A stretch of DNA of 64,000 nt. Source: the human T2T-CHM13v2.0 reference genome, Homo sapiens. The DNA lies in NCBI RefSeq assembly GCF_009914755.1, contig NC_060938.1. One strand, given 5' to 3'. Shown here in pieces: positions 42,941-55,170 of this stretch. The first letter of the stretch is position 1; each line of letters opens with the position of its first letter. The notes beneath the pieces were generated by a model. The model was given only the letters and a program-made list of their open reading frames with translations. It ran no database searches and had not been told where the DNA came from. The translations under genes and the position numbers were made by a program.

Positions 42941-44975
42941 CTTTTCCTCTTTTTATAACTACATTAACCCATCATGAGGACTTTACCCTCAGGAACTCAT
43001 CTTACCCTGATTACCTCCCAACGGCCTGACTTCCAAATACCATCACATTGGAGGCTAGGGTTTCAACATATGAATTGGAGGGGGCTGGACATAAACATCC
43101 AGCCCATAGCATATACAATCAGTTTATAGGTCCTTACAGTATAGATTCGTTAGGCTATTTTATGAACTCTCAACTATAAGTTCTCTGTGTGTGTATGTGT
43201 GTGTGTATCCAAATTACCAAAGGGTTCTTTTAAATTTCTCTGTCTCAAAACTATTTAAGAACTGACTGTTCTTGCAGCCACAACTATTAAGAAATAGCTT
43301 CATACATCCAATTTAACAAGGTGATGGTCTATGTGGTTATATTACATATTACAGGTGGATCATAAACTATTCTAAGGGTTTAAAATTTTTTCTTTTAACT
43401 TTGAGGCTTGACGTAACCCAGGAGGACCCACAGAAACCAGATGTCTACACACTCTCACATGTTCATATTTAACTCACTTCAACAAATATTCACTGAGGCT
43501 AGGTCCTGGGGTTCAAAGATGAGTAGGACACAGTTCTTCTTCAAAAAGCTCATAATCTGGGCAGAAATCAGTAAACAGATAGCCAACTGTTTTTTAATGT
43601 AATAAGTATACAGCTATCAATATGAAAGAAAGGATCTGTGGGTACACGAGAAAAATTGATCCCCGGAAAATGTGTGGCAAGATGGTGGGTTTGCTTTATC
43701 CATTGCTTCCCAATATTCAGCTTTACCGCTGGGTGGGATTGTGAGGAACTGACCACCCCCGCGGGGAGGGGGTAAGTTCCAGGGTAGGTTCCACAGGTAA
43801 GTCCCCATAAGTATAAGCCCTTCTGCACAAACCAAGACCTTTTCAAATGATTAGTTAAAAAATGGACTTTGTCTACTAGGGACTGATTCAAGGAACCTAA
43901 TTTGGTCCAGCCAGAGGGAAATCTGGGACTTATGTTTGAAAGATGCCCTATCTCTCCCACTCCAATTTCTTTCTATTATGAGACTTCTTAGTCTCTTTTT
44001 CCAGTCCACCCTTCTCCCAGACCTTTCAGTGTCTGAGGGATCCATGGCTCAGTCTTTGGTCTTCTTTTCTGCTCCTTGGTGATTCCTTCAGTCTTGCGAC
44101 TTTAATATTATGTGTCTGCTTTCAAATCTGAAATAGATATTGCCCGTCTAGATTTCTTTTCCAAATGCAGACTCCTAGAGCCCTCTACTCACTTAACAGC
44201 TACCCCAGGATGTCTAACAGGCTTCTAAAATTTAACGTGTCCAAAACTCAAGTCTGGATCTTCCTCCCAAACCTGTTCCTACCCACAGCCTTCCCCATCT
44301 CAGATAGTGGCTTAGGCAGAAATGCTTGGAGTGATTCTTGACTCTTCTGTCCTCTCTTTCATCCAGTCTGTCAACAAATCCTGTTAGCACTACGTTCAAA
44401 CTTTTCCAAAATCCTACCATGTCTATCACCTCCACAGCAACCACCCCAGCCCAGCCACTATCACCTCTTCCCTGGATTATTGAAAGAGCCTCCTGAGTGG
44501 TTTCTCAGATACCACTCTCACTCCCCTACAGTCCCTTTTCAACACAGCAGCCAGAGAGATCCTCTTACACTTGGAGTTGTATCATTTACTCTTGGGCTCA
44601 ACGCCCTGCTGATGAAAAGCCCTTGCCCTGGGCTCATAAATTTGGGCCTCTATTGCTTCCCTGATCTAATCTCCCACTACTACTCCTTCACTCATTCCAC
44701 CCCAGCTACACTGGCCTCCCTGGCTGTTCAGACGTGCTGGATGCTCCTGTCTGGGACCTTTGTGCTGGTTGTTTCCTCTGGCTGCAATACCCTTCCCAAA
44801 GCTATTCATGCATCTCACTCTGTCATATCCTCATGTCTGCTCAAATGCCACTTTCTTGGTGAAGCCTTTCTTGACCACCGTCTATAAATTGCAGCTGACC
44901 CCTTCTTATATTATCAATCTTCTGTACTCTGAACTGTTTTTCTTTTTTCATTGACTTTATCATCATTAAACATAC

Positions 44976-45325
44976 TGTATCAGTCTGTTCTCATGCTGCT
45001 AATAAAGACATACCTGAGACTGGGTAATTTATAAAGAAAAGAGGTTTAATGGACTTACAGTTCCACATGGCTGGGGATGCCTCACCATCACGGTAGAAGG
45101 CAAAGGAGGAGCAAAGTCACATCTTGCATGGCGGCAGGCAAGAGAGTGCCTGTGTAGGGGTACTCCCTTTATAAAACCATCAGATCTCGTGAGACTTATT
45201 CGCTATCATGAGAACAGCATGGGAAAGACCTGTCCCCATGATTCAGTTACCTCCCACCAGGTCTCTCTCACAACATGTGGGAATTATGGGAGAGATTTGG
45301 GTGGGGACACAGCCAAACCATGTCA
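44976..45325 (-). mobile_element. THE1 solo LTR
   Basis: tgtatcagtctgttctcatgctgctaataaagacatacc...gggacacagccaaaccatgtca; TSD catac. Confidence 0.95.
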
Positions 45326-45424
45326 CATACTATGATTTTATGTATGTGTCTATATATATATGTATATACATTTTTACAGGATATCTTTCCCCATTTGAAC
45401 ATATGCTCCACAAGGACATGAATC

Positions 45425-45549
45425 TTTATTTTTAGACATGGGGTCTTGCCAAGTTGCCCAGGTTGGCCTTAAATTCCTGGGCTCAAGCAATCTTCTTGCC
45501 TTAGCCTCCCAAGAAGCTGGGACTACAGGTGCATGCCACCACACCCAGC
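45425..45549 (-). mobile_element. FLAM / Alu monomer
   Basis: Single ~120-bp Alu-like arm. Confidence 0.8.
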
Positions 45550-46583
45550 ATCAAGGACAAGAATCTTTGTCTGTTTTATTTTACTGCTATATCTCAAGGG
45601 CCTAGAAAAGTTCTTGGCATGTAGTAGGTGCTCAATAAATATTTGTGGAATAAACTTAAAAAACTTGGAAGTCAATCTGAGGGCAAATCTAAGACACATA
45701 GGAAAAAATTATGAGAACTGGATCTAAAGCCTTGATCAAATCATGCCTGAAGCAGACATTATTGCTGGACTTTTTCAGTAGCCTAAATCCACTATTGAAT
45801 TTTACTTTTTAAGCCAGTCTGGGTTCTTTTTTCTGTTAATTACTAGCAAAGGCATCCTAAAAGATACTTAAGGTAAAGGAAATTTCAGAGATCTCATATA
45901 AGGAGGACCCTAAAAGGCAGAAAGGAGTTCATACTCCTTCACAGCCATGCCGCTTTTTAAGTGGCCTGTGCTCCCTGTCTGCATTTTCTCATCAACTCTA
46001 AAAAGAATTCCACACCTACCCCTGCACTGAAACTGCAGTCACTCAGCTCATCAGGGACCTCCTGACTGCACATTGTTCAACTCTTCTCTTGTTTATCTTC
46101 CCCGTAGAATCTGTCTTCTCTGCAGGGTTGGTCCCACCCATTTCTCCTCCCATGCTTTCTGTTACTTCACTTTTTCCTGGATTTGCCATTTTCATTCTGG
46201 GAATTCCTTCATTCCTCCATGAAAAAGGCTGGACATCTCATGAAAGTTGGTGTTCCCAGGGCTATGTCCATGGACTACGTCGCCTCCTACCTGTAGCCTT
46301 TCCGAGAGCAAGCTCATCCATTCCCATAACTTCATCACATACAGACAATGCGCTGCAAATTCCCAATGTTCTATGGCGATCTCAGACCACAGCACTCACG
46401 GATTTCACAGACTAACAGACCTCTCCTCTTAGGTATCACACAGAAATCTAAATCTAAAACTCAAGAAATAGGATTTATTTATTCTAAAACAAATTCTGTT
46501 CCCATCTTGCCTATTTGAATGATCCCACTTGACCCTTCATCCTTTCTTTTCCTACTTCTGGTTGGTTCTCCAGCCATTTCTAC

Positions 46584-46880
46584 TTTATTTATTTATTTTG
46601 AGACAGGGTCTTACTCTGTTGCCCAGGCTGGAGTGCACTGAGGTGATCTTGGCTCACTGCAACCTCCGCTTCCCGGGTTCAAGCCATTCTCCAGTCTCAG
46701 CCTCCTGAGTAGCTGGGATTACAGACACACACCACCAGGTCCGGCTAATTTTTGTATTTCTAGTAGAGACGGGGTTTCACCGTGTTGGCCAGGCTGGTCT
46801 CAAACTCCTGACCTCAAGTGATCTGCCCACCTTCACCTCCCAAAGTGCTGGGATTACAGGTATGAGCCACTGTGCCTGGC
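46584..46880 (-). mobile_element. AluS
   Basis: Full dimer, reverse orientation. Confidence 0.96.
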
Positions 46881-46892
46881 TACTTACTTATT

Positions 46893-47136
46893 TACAGACA
46901 GGGTCTGGCTCTGCCATCCAGGCTAGAGTGCAGTGGTGCAATCATAGCTACCCGTGGCTCAAGGGATCTTCCTGTCTCAGCTTCCTGAGTAGCTAGGACT
47001 ACAGGAGACAGGGTCTTTGTATGTCGTCCAGGCTGGAGTGCAGTGGCACAATCATAGCTACTTCTGGCCTCAAGCAATCTTCCTTCCTCAGCCTCCCAAA
47101 GGGCTGGGATTACAGTTGTGAGCCACCACGCCCAGC
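46893..47136 (-). mobile_element. Atypical AluJ-derived tandem of two shortened arms
   Basis: Both units read gacagggtct...ccaggctRgagtgcagtggYRcaatcatagctac; no A-rich linker. Confidence 0.8.
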
Positions 47137-47673
47137 TCCATTTCTATTTAAAATTGATCTCCCAACTTCAAGTACCAGTCTCTGCCTTTTTCCTGTGAAT
47201 CCTTTCACTAACTGCTCCTTATCACTGAAGACGGTACCACACCTAAGGGAGATTTTGAAAATGGGGGGCAGTATTTTTGTTATCACAAAGATTGTGAAGC
47301 AGTGTGAGTGTTTGATAGCCAGGTTCCAGGGAGCTAGATGCCCTGTAGTACCTGGGGCACCCACATGTCTTTCACAACTCTCAGATGTCTTGCCAGTTAC
47401 TAGTGTAGTGCTACCAAGCAATCACATATTGAAATAATTTTCTTTTCATTTCTTCTTTATAATTAGGCCTTAGGTTGACTTTTAAAATATTATGATTAAA
47501 TAGGTTGTACTATCTATACGTTTTATTTTAGCATAATGAAAATGATGACATGACTTATTTGCTATAAAAGACAACACTCCGCAGATAAAGTCTAGAATCA
47601 CCAATCAATACCACAAGTTGCCAACTGGTGGCTGACATACCTAATGTGATTCATGTGCATATTTTGTTTGATC

Positions 47674-47860
47674 TAGGGTTGCCAGCCAAGATACATTACA
47701 CCCTGTTAAATTCCAATTTCAGATCAATGGCAAATCATACTTTAATATATCTCATGCAATAGTTGGAATATACTTAACACCAAGAAGCATTCATTGTTTA
47801 TCTGATATTCGAATTTCACATGGCATCCTGTTCTTTTATTTGCTAAATCTGGCAATTCTA
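47674..47860. mobile_element. MER53-like palindromic hAT MITE
   Basis: TIRs tagggttgccag ... ctggcaattcta; attgtttatctgatattcgaattt motif. Confidence 0.85.
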
Positions 47861-48349
47861 AGCTTCTTGTTTTTGTTTTTGGTTTTCAGTCAATTTTTAA
47901 AATCAGTAGATTTTTACATTAAGATTTGATCTCTGGATTTCTTTGAAAGAGCAGAAGGTCTAGATTTGACCTACATTCTTGCACGAAAACAGACAGCTGG
48001 AGTGAAGTGGGGGCTGCTCCTCTTAGACGGGGCCTGCTCACCACAGTTCACCACAGTCCCCTACACTGTATTCCACCCAACACTGTGACAAGTAAAGCAC
48101 TGCCACTAATCTAAGTATTTTCTGTTATACTCTTACAGCTAAGAGGAAAGTGAAATATTTCTTTTAATCATTCATTGAATCTCTTAAAAATGAAAAAATA
48201 AAAGACAAACCAATAGGCCCACGTTTCTTAAAAAATGGGAGGAATACATTTTTCTTTGAAGAAATGAAGAATTTTCCTATGTATTTTCTTACCCTGGACC
48301 AGCTTCACTCATAAGCTGGGAAACATTTAAGTCTGTGATGTCTTCCCTA

Positions 48350-48885
48350 AGCTATTTTCAGACTGGTATACCCAAAGCTGCAAATATGATTATGTCACTT
48401 TCCCGCTTAAGTAGAAAAACCCTTCAGTAGCTTTCCATTTTCTCAACTTAAACATCCAAAAATTTTTAACATGACCCAAAAGCCCCTCCCAGCTTCATTT
48501 GTTCCTCCTCTCACTTGCTGTCAATTAATCCACTTTCGAAAGTTTTAAATTAGTTTCAAATATTCACCAGTTCCCTCCTTCCTTCATGCACGTCTAGGAA
48601 AACCTCTTCCTCCTTCCCATCTTTCAAGTCCCAGCTAAGGAATTACCTCCTATGAGAAGTCATCATTCCCTGAACCTCGCTTCCCTACCTCCAAATCTGG
48701 GGTAGGTCTCCCCTGTGAGCTGTCATAACTTACACACTCCCACTGTATTATAATTGCCCTTTTACCTCTTTGTGTGCCCCACCAGACTGTAAGCTGAATG
48801 TTAGAGACCTGGATGTATTCACCTTTCTAGCTCCAGGGCCTGGTACATAAGTAGGAGCTTAATATATGTGGAATTGACAAACAAA
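48350..48885 (+). mobile_element. L2 3' fragment
   Basis: accagactgtaagc...ggcctggtacataagtaggagcttaata. Confidence 0.6.
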
Positions 48886-50085
48886 TTAACAAAGAAAGGG
48901 AATTTCAGGCAAAAGGAACAGCATGAGCGAAGGCACAGAAGTATGATGGTGCATGTGTGTGTTTGGGAGATAGCAAGAAGTTAGGTGGCTGGTGTTGTAC
49001 ATGGTGACATGGCATAAATCTGGAAAGGATGTGGTATCAGACTGTACGTGTTTTGGAAAACAGAGACTAAGGAGGATGAACTTTCCTTTGTAGGCAATAC
49101 AAAGCCAAAGGTGGGTTTAAGTAGGAAAAACACATGAGCAGATGTATTAACATGTGGCAAAATTGATGATAAAACAGAAATTCCACATTTTCTCTTTCTT
49201 CTTTTCCTTAATTTTTCTCTCTAGCACTGATGAAATTGAGAAGATGGAGAGAGGGAATCTGGGAGAGAAGAGAGTGTACAAATATTTAAAAACACAGGAG
49301 TTAGAGTCAGACATATGTGAGGTTTAAATTTTTGGCTTTGTGTGAATTTTCTTAACTCAATTTCCAACACTGTTTCCCCAGCTAGAGATGTTAGGATGAA
49401 GATAGAGTAACACCCTCTAACCTTCTTCAGGGGGTTGCAAATGGCTAACTTAAACAATGTGTGCAGATTGCCAAGCACAGAGTTTATATAAAATAAGTGT
49501 ACAAAAAATGTTAGTTGCCTCGTGTAGTCCATGTGCAGGTCGCCTCCATGGGCTACTTCTGGGAGGAAAGCAAAGAAGAGAGAAAGTTGCAGTTGAAAAT
49601 GGAGGGAACTGCTCCTGCTCAGAAGAGAACAAATTGATACTTACTGATGCCTCCTCCTCTCTGCCACCAATTCAGTAACATTACTTTTGCTTTCCTCCTA
49701 CTTTAAATTGGCTCTCTAAAATAAGGATCGTCTTCAGGCAAAACTGTGGTGTGTAGACCTCACCAAGGATCTCTGCTCATAACTTCCTGGTCCCTGAGGC
49801 CATCATGAGTGATTCTGACCCAGGTGAGACACCCCTGGGGGGAAACAGTTCTCCTCTTGCCCCTGACTCCTGGGCAGTTGTTCCTCTGGCCTACTCTTTT
49901 CTGTGTCCTGTTCCCTCCAGTTCTACAGATGTGAGCGAATGCAAACCAACCAATTCATTCACAGTGAAGGGGACAGTGGATGGATGCGAGCCCCCTCTCC
50001 CATCCCAATGAAGGATTGTTGAGTCTCTCCGTAAGGAAATGAATGTTCTTGGGTTTTCAGACACCAGAGGGAGGTGTGAGGGGAA

Positions 50086-51631
50086 TGTGTCCGGAATTGG
50101 TGGGTTCTTGGTCTCACTGACTTCAGGAATGAAGCCGCGGACCCTCGCGGTGAGTGTTAACAGCTCTTAAGGTGGCGCGCCTGGAGTCTGTCCCTTCTGA
50201 TGTTCAGATGTGTTCGGAGTTTCTTCCTTCTGGTGGGTTCGTGGTCTCGCTGGCTCAGGAGTGAAGCTGCAAACCTTCGCGGTGAGTGTTACAGCTCTTA
50301 AGGTGGCGCGTCTGGAGTCGTTCGTTCCTCCTGGTGGGCTCGTGGTCTCACTGGGCTCAGGAGTGAAGCTGCAGATCTTCGCGGTGAGTGTTACAGTTCA
50401 TAAAAGCAGCGTGGACCCAAAGAGTGAGCAGTAGCAAGATTTATTGCAAAGAGCAAAAGAACAAAGCTTCCACAGTGGTGAAGGGGACCCCAGCGGGTTG
50501 CCAATGCTGGCTTGGGCAGCCTGCTTTTATTCTCTTATCTGGCCCCACCCACATCCTGCTGATTGGTAGAGCTGAGTGGCCTGTTTTAACAGGGCGCTGA
50601 TTGGTGCGTTTACAACCCTGAGCTAGATACAAAGGTTCTCCACGACCCCATCAGATTAGTTAGATACAGAGTTTCCACACACAGATTCTCCAAGGCCCCA
50701 CCAGAGCAGCCAGATACAGAGTGTTGATTGGTGCATTCACAAACCTTGAGCTAAACACAGGGTGCTGATTGGTGTGTTTACAAACCTTGAGCTAGATACA
50801 GAGTGCCGATTGGTGTATTTACAATCCTTGAGCTAGACATAAAGGTTCTCCACGTCCTCACCAGAGCAGCTAGATAGAGTGTCGATTGGTGCACTCACAA
50901 ACCTTGAGCTAAACACAGGGTGCTGATTGGTGTATTTACAATCCCTGAGCTAGATATAAAGACTCTCCACGTCCCCACCACACTCAGGAGCCCAGCTGGC
51001 TTCACCTAGTGGATCCTGCACCGGGGCTGCAGGTGGAGCTGCCTGCCAGTCCTGCGCTGTGCGCTCGCATTCCTCAGCCCTTGGGTGGTTGATGGGACTG
51101 GGTGCCGTGGAGCAGGGGGTGGTGCTCGTCGGGGACGCTCGGGCGCACAGGAGCCCATGGAGTGGGTGGGAGGCTCAGGCATGGCGGGCTGCAGGTCCCG
51201 AGCCCTGCCCCGTGGTAAGGCAGCTAAGGCCCGGCGAGAAATCGAGCGCAGCGCTGGTGGGCCAGCAGTGCTGGGGGAATCAGTACACCCTCTGCAGCCA
51301 CTGGCCCGGGTGCTAAGTCCCCCATTGCCCGGGGCCAGCAGGGCTGGCTGGCTGCTCCGAGTGCGGGGCCCACCAAGCCCACGCCCACCGGGAACTCCAG
51401 CTGGCCCGCAAGCGCCGCACGCAGCCCCGGTTCCCGCTCGTGCCTCTCCCTCCACACCTCCCTGCAAGCTGAGGGAGTGGGCTCCAGCCTTGGCCAGCCC
51501 AGAAAGGGGCTCCCACAGTGCAGTGGGGGGCTGAAGGGCTCCTCAAATGCCACCAAAGTGGGAGCCCAGGCAGGGGAGGTGCCGAGAGCAAGCGAGGGCT
51601 CTGAGGACTGCCAGCATGCTGTCACCTCTCA
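50086..51631 (-). mobile_element. Complete LTR12C (ERV9) solo LTR
   Basis: Minus strand starts TGAGAGGTGACAGCATGCTGGCAGTCC and ends CCAATTCCGGACACA; CpG-rich U3, tandem CCAAT/GATA repeats; flanks ggaa/gaaa (imperfect 4-bp TSD). Confidence 0.98.
50490..50935 (-). promoter_or_regulatory. ERV9/LTR12 enhancer-promoter: NF-Y (CCAAT) array and AATAAAA TATA-like box, firing towards lower coordinates
   Basis: Repeated gattggt (CCAAT on minus) at 50561-50931; cctgcttttatt at 50520-50531; known LTR12 promoter layout. Confidence 0.8.
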
Positions 51632-52899
51632 GAAACACAGGGAGCTGAAGTTTTCCAGGAGAGACCTTGGAGCTCAGAGCAGCTCTGCCTGTATTTGTTT
51701 TAACTTGGGAACTGCAAGATTTCCTTTAGTTCTGAAGATGGGAAAAAGAACGTCAAAAACCAGCAACCCGATTCAGACATTTTACACCAAAGGAAACTGA
51801 AGACCAGAGAGGTTACATGGCTTGAACAAGGCAACTCAGCAGCAGAATGAGGACCAGAACCCAGGTCCAGCTGACACTCAGCCCAAGGCTCTCTGAGCCG
51901 AACACCTCTTCAAGGAAATGGCTGTGCCCATGGCTCAGACTGTGGCAGGGCTGCAAAGCCCCTGGTTAGTTGACAACATTGCCAATTAGCTAGGGCCTCC
52001 CCTGACCAGTTCCAACCCACGAGCTGGGTTAGGACTGCAACTTTGACCTGTGTCCAAGGGCCCAGGGATACCTTGAAAGCTCAGACCTGCTGTGCCTGCT
52101 ACTGAGGCCCTTGGCATTTTTGCCATACTGTGCACATCGCCACATAACCAGGGCAGAGTTCATTTGGGAAACTCCATTTCTGAAAATGACTGCATTAATA
52201 GAATTGAAAGGAATGTTGCATTTTCTAAAGAGGGCAGACAGGAAGGATCTGTGACTCTGATGGAGTGAATGAATGAATGAACATTGTTGAGTGGCTGTTT
52301 GTGCCAGTGGCTCTCCAACATGCTTCCGGAGTTCTGAGTATAATCTCATCTGTTCCCTGTGACCCAAACCTCCTGCCAAGTCTAATCTTATTCCCATTTA
52401 ACACGTGAGGACACTGGGGATCAGAGGGTTAAAGTGACTCGCCCAGTATTACATCAGATGTTTATTTTGCCCAACCCCCAACTGCATCTGAGTGCCCTGT
52501 TACCCAACAGCTGCCACCCCAGGTGGCGTTTTGGCTGATGGATAAGGTCACTCATACAGACTCTTTCTTGCCAAATATTGTATGTGCACTGCAATGACTT
52601 ACTGAAAAAAAAAGTTTCCAATAATACTGTTCCACTAAATATCTAGTAGGAATGGTGGAAGGGCTTCTTCCCTGTTGTTGGGGAAACTCCTCCCTTTTGA
52701 TCCACATTTTTCCTTAAATTGCCTGGGGTATTCAGTGGGGTGGCGCCTGCTCCTGCAGCTGTCTGGTTGCCTGACTGCGATCATGGTACTTGGACACTGA
52801 TCTGGAGTAACTCTCTCTGCTTCACCTATAGAAAGAGAGTGAATTGGGTTCTCTCTCTCCTCCCACCTTTGTATGTATAAAATATATTTGTGGTCTCCA

Positions 52900-53285
52900 T
52901 TAGTGCTGTTCAACTATTTCCAGCTCTCTGCCTCCGGTACATCCGCCTTCTTGCCCCGTGTGAGTAGGTGGGGTCATAAGACTGGTTCTGGCCAATGAAG
53001 TTTGATGATAGGTGATATGTGTCACTTGTAGGCTGAGCTTTTCATAATTGCTGGAAGAAAAACTGCAGACTGCACTTCTCCTCTGCATGTAAACAACAAA
53101 ATCTGAGGGGTGGCTGCTCCATCGCCTGGATCCCTGAATGACTTCGATGGGCAGACAACCACTGGCACCCCACAAATCTGCAGTGGACATCAGCATCAAC
53201 AAGAGCTTCTCAGTTGTTTTAAGCCCTTGAGAATGTGGGGCTGTGTGTCAATGCTGTATAAGCAGCCTTGCCTGGCAGATACACA
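52900..53285 (+). mobile_element. Old MLT1-type LTR
   Basis: tctggccaatgaag...gtgtcactt...gttgttttaagcccttgagaatgtgggg...gcagataca. Confidence 0.7.
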
Positions 53286-53334
53286 TTTACAGACCCAAAC
53301 GCTTTTTGTGCAAATCCCATTTCTTTCTCCAAAT

Positions 53335-53480
53335 AAACCTAGGAGGTAGGTACTATTGCCATGCCCATTTTACAGATGAAAAAGCCCCAGCTGAGAGAAG
53401 TTAATTAAGTTGTCTAGGATCACTGCAGATGGCTGAGACAGTTTTCCATTCCATATCTCTGTAGCTCCAACTCCTGCTCT
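53335..53480 (-). mobile_element. MIR
   Basis: gaggtaggtactattg...cccattttacagatga. Confidence 0.7.
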
Positions 53481-54884
53481 TAATCAACACACTCCCTCTG
53501 TTCTCTCTGCCTAGGTGCTTTCTAAGCCAGGAAGCAAATAACATTTGTTACACATTTTCCCAAAACATGTTTTTGCTTCATCATGTCACTTACCCTCACT
53601 CAACTTTCTTACTGTATTCAAAAGCCACATTAAAGAAAGAAAATTTGGTTTTTAACAAACTATTATAGCATCAAAAATTATAGTTCGATGGTTGACATTC
53701 TATCACTTTCTAGAAAATGTGATTTGGCAAATATAAATCCTCCTCACAGCAAGTAGCCCTCAGCTAAGAAAATTACTTTTATTAACCAAAAAATTATTCT
53801 TAGAATTGATGGCTGTGTAGATGACCTTTGGCTTACTGTAATATAGCAATGTGTCTACCACAGTAAAAATGCCAGAGCAAGACAGGTCCCACAAAAGGCA
53901 ATAAAGGAACAACATTCCAAAGACAAATACACTTGAGACACATATGACAGCCATGGGAAGGGGAGAGTAATCAGTTATAAGAAATGACAGTGTTTTGGCA
54001 GCCTCAGTTACTTTAATTGACAGGACAAATAAAATTAATGTAAAAATTTTTTTTATAAAAGAGCAAGTCATAAGAGTTACAGATATAAATCAAAGTAAGT
54101 TTTGGCCTTTGATTTAAATCTGTTGGGCATCCCTCTTTTTTCAGGGCACTGAGGGTGGTGTTTCCCTGTTACAGACATTAAAATGTTTCTAGTTCTTCTA
54201 CTAATTTTTCCTTGGTTATCTGATTTAATCTGGATTTTATTCTGCTGTTAATCCTCTCAGACTTACTTTGCCCTTCAGATACTCTCTTTAAGGCATGTCC
54301 TCATCTGAGCATGTTTATGGCTAAATGCAAATCCTCTGTGAATTTAGGCGAGAATATAAAGGACGATCCATTAAAATAGTCATTGTTTTTTCAAATGCAA
54401 CTGGCTCTAAAGAGATTGTGAGATATTGTATTGTGACTTTTGGACTTTCTCAATTTGGACCCCAAAATATTAACATGACTTACTTTAAAATTCCTTAGAT
54501 ACTCTCAGAGAGGCAGAAATGAAAGTCTTTCTTAAGTAATGTTCACATTTATTCTGTGAATAAAAATAAGAACTCCAAATAAAAAGTCTTGAAAACTGTA
54601 GGGAAATATTTCCTTTGATTTGTTTCTTGGGAAGCTTATCTATTAAAATGCATCAAGCGCTATAAATACCCTCCTCTTGATTATTATTCTTCACCTAGCA
54701 TATCACTACTAGAATTGGGACAAACAAGCCCCACTTTATTTGTTGGTCAAAGACAAGGGTATTGGGATTCTTGCTAAAGAACAGGACATAAATCCAGGGC
54801 TTTTGAAGTCTTTAGTGGCTTAATGTTAAAACTTTGCTTCCTCAAGATGAAAGTTCAAACACAATTTAGGTCAAAGGTTAAAGA

Positions 54885-55170
54885 AGTCTGCCACTTCAGT
54901 GGGCAGATAAGGGTTTTGAAGGTTTCAGCTGAGGCCTAGTGACTGGGCCAGGCAGGGAAGAGGGAGGATAAAGGAGACCCGGCTCCACCCTCAGTTATCT
55001 GCCTCCTGTTTCCTTAAGAACTAATGTTCATTAAACTCCTCTGTTTTGATAAAGAAACAAAAATTCACAACCAAAAAAGTAAATCCTACCTTTGTTCTGG
55101 CAAACTAGGTCAGCATTCTCTGTTCCTGCTGTCAGTTTTCTGCAGCTTGGGTTTCACAATGAGTCACAGG
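54885..55170. promoter_or_regulatory. Candidate enhancer: GATA + KLF/SP (CACCC) + ETS + AP-1 cluster
   Basis: agataa 54905, gataaa 54967, ggctccaccc 54981, ttatct 54995, tttcct 55009, tgataa 55047, tgagtca 55160. Confidence 0.45.

Larger units (their letters stand above)
42168..43092 (-). mobile_element. MLT1A/MST-type MaLR LTR split by Alu and L1 insertions
   Basis: tttatttctcacagttctgaagctggaagtcc (42220) and ...ccaaataccatcacattgg...tttcaacatatgaatt (43030-43076). Confidence 0.75.
43960..45655 (+). mobile_element. L2 (L2a-like) 3' region with nested THE1 and FLAM
   Basis: tgtccaaaactcaa, cacagcagccagagagatcc, terminal tagtaggtgctcaataaatatttgtggaataaa. Confidence 0.85.

Noticed and set aside
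44480-44887. 135-aa ORF
   Set aside because: Lies within a decayed L2 element
50560-50960. Regularly spaced repeats resembling a CRISPR-like array
   Set aside because: Standard tandem CCAAT/GATA enhancer repeats of ERV9 LTRs in eukaryotic DNA; no unique spacers or cas genes
51006-51800. Overlapping GC-rich ORFs and CpG-island-like region
   Set aside because: Entirely explained by LTR12C U3 sequence
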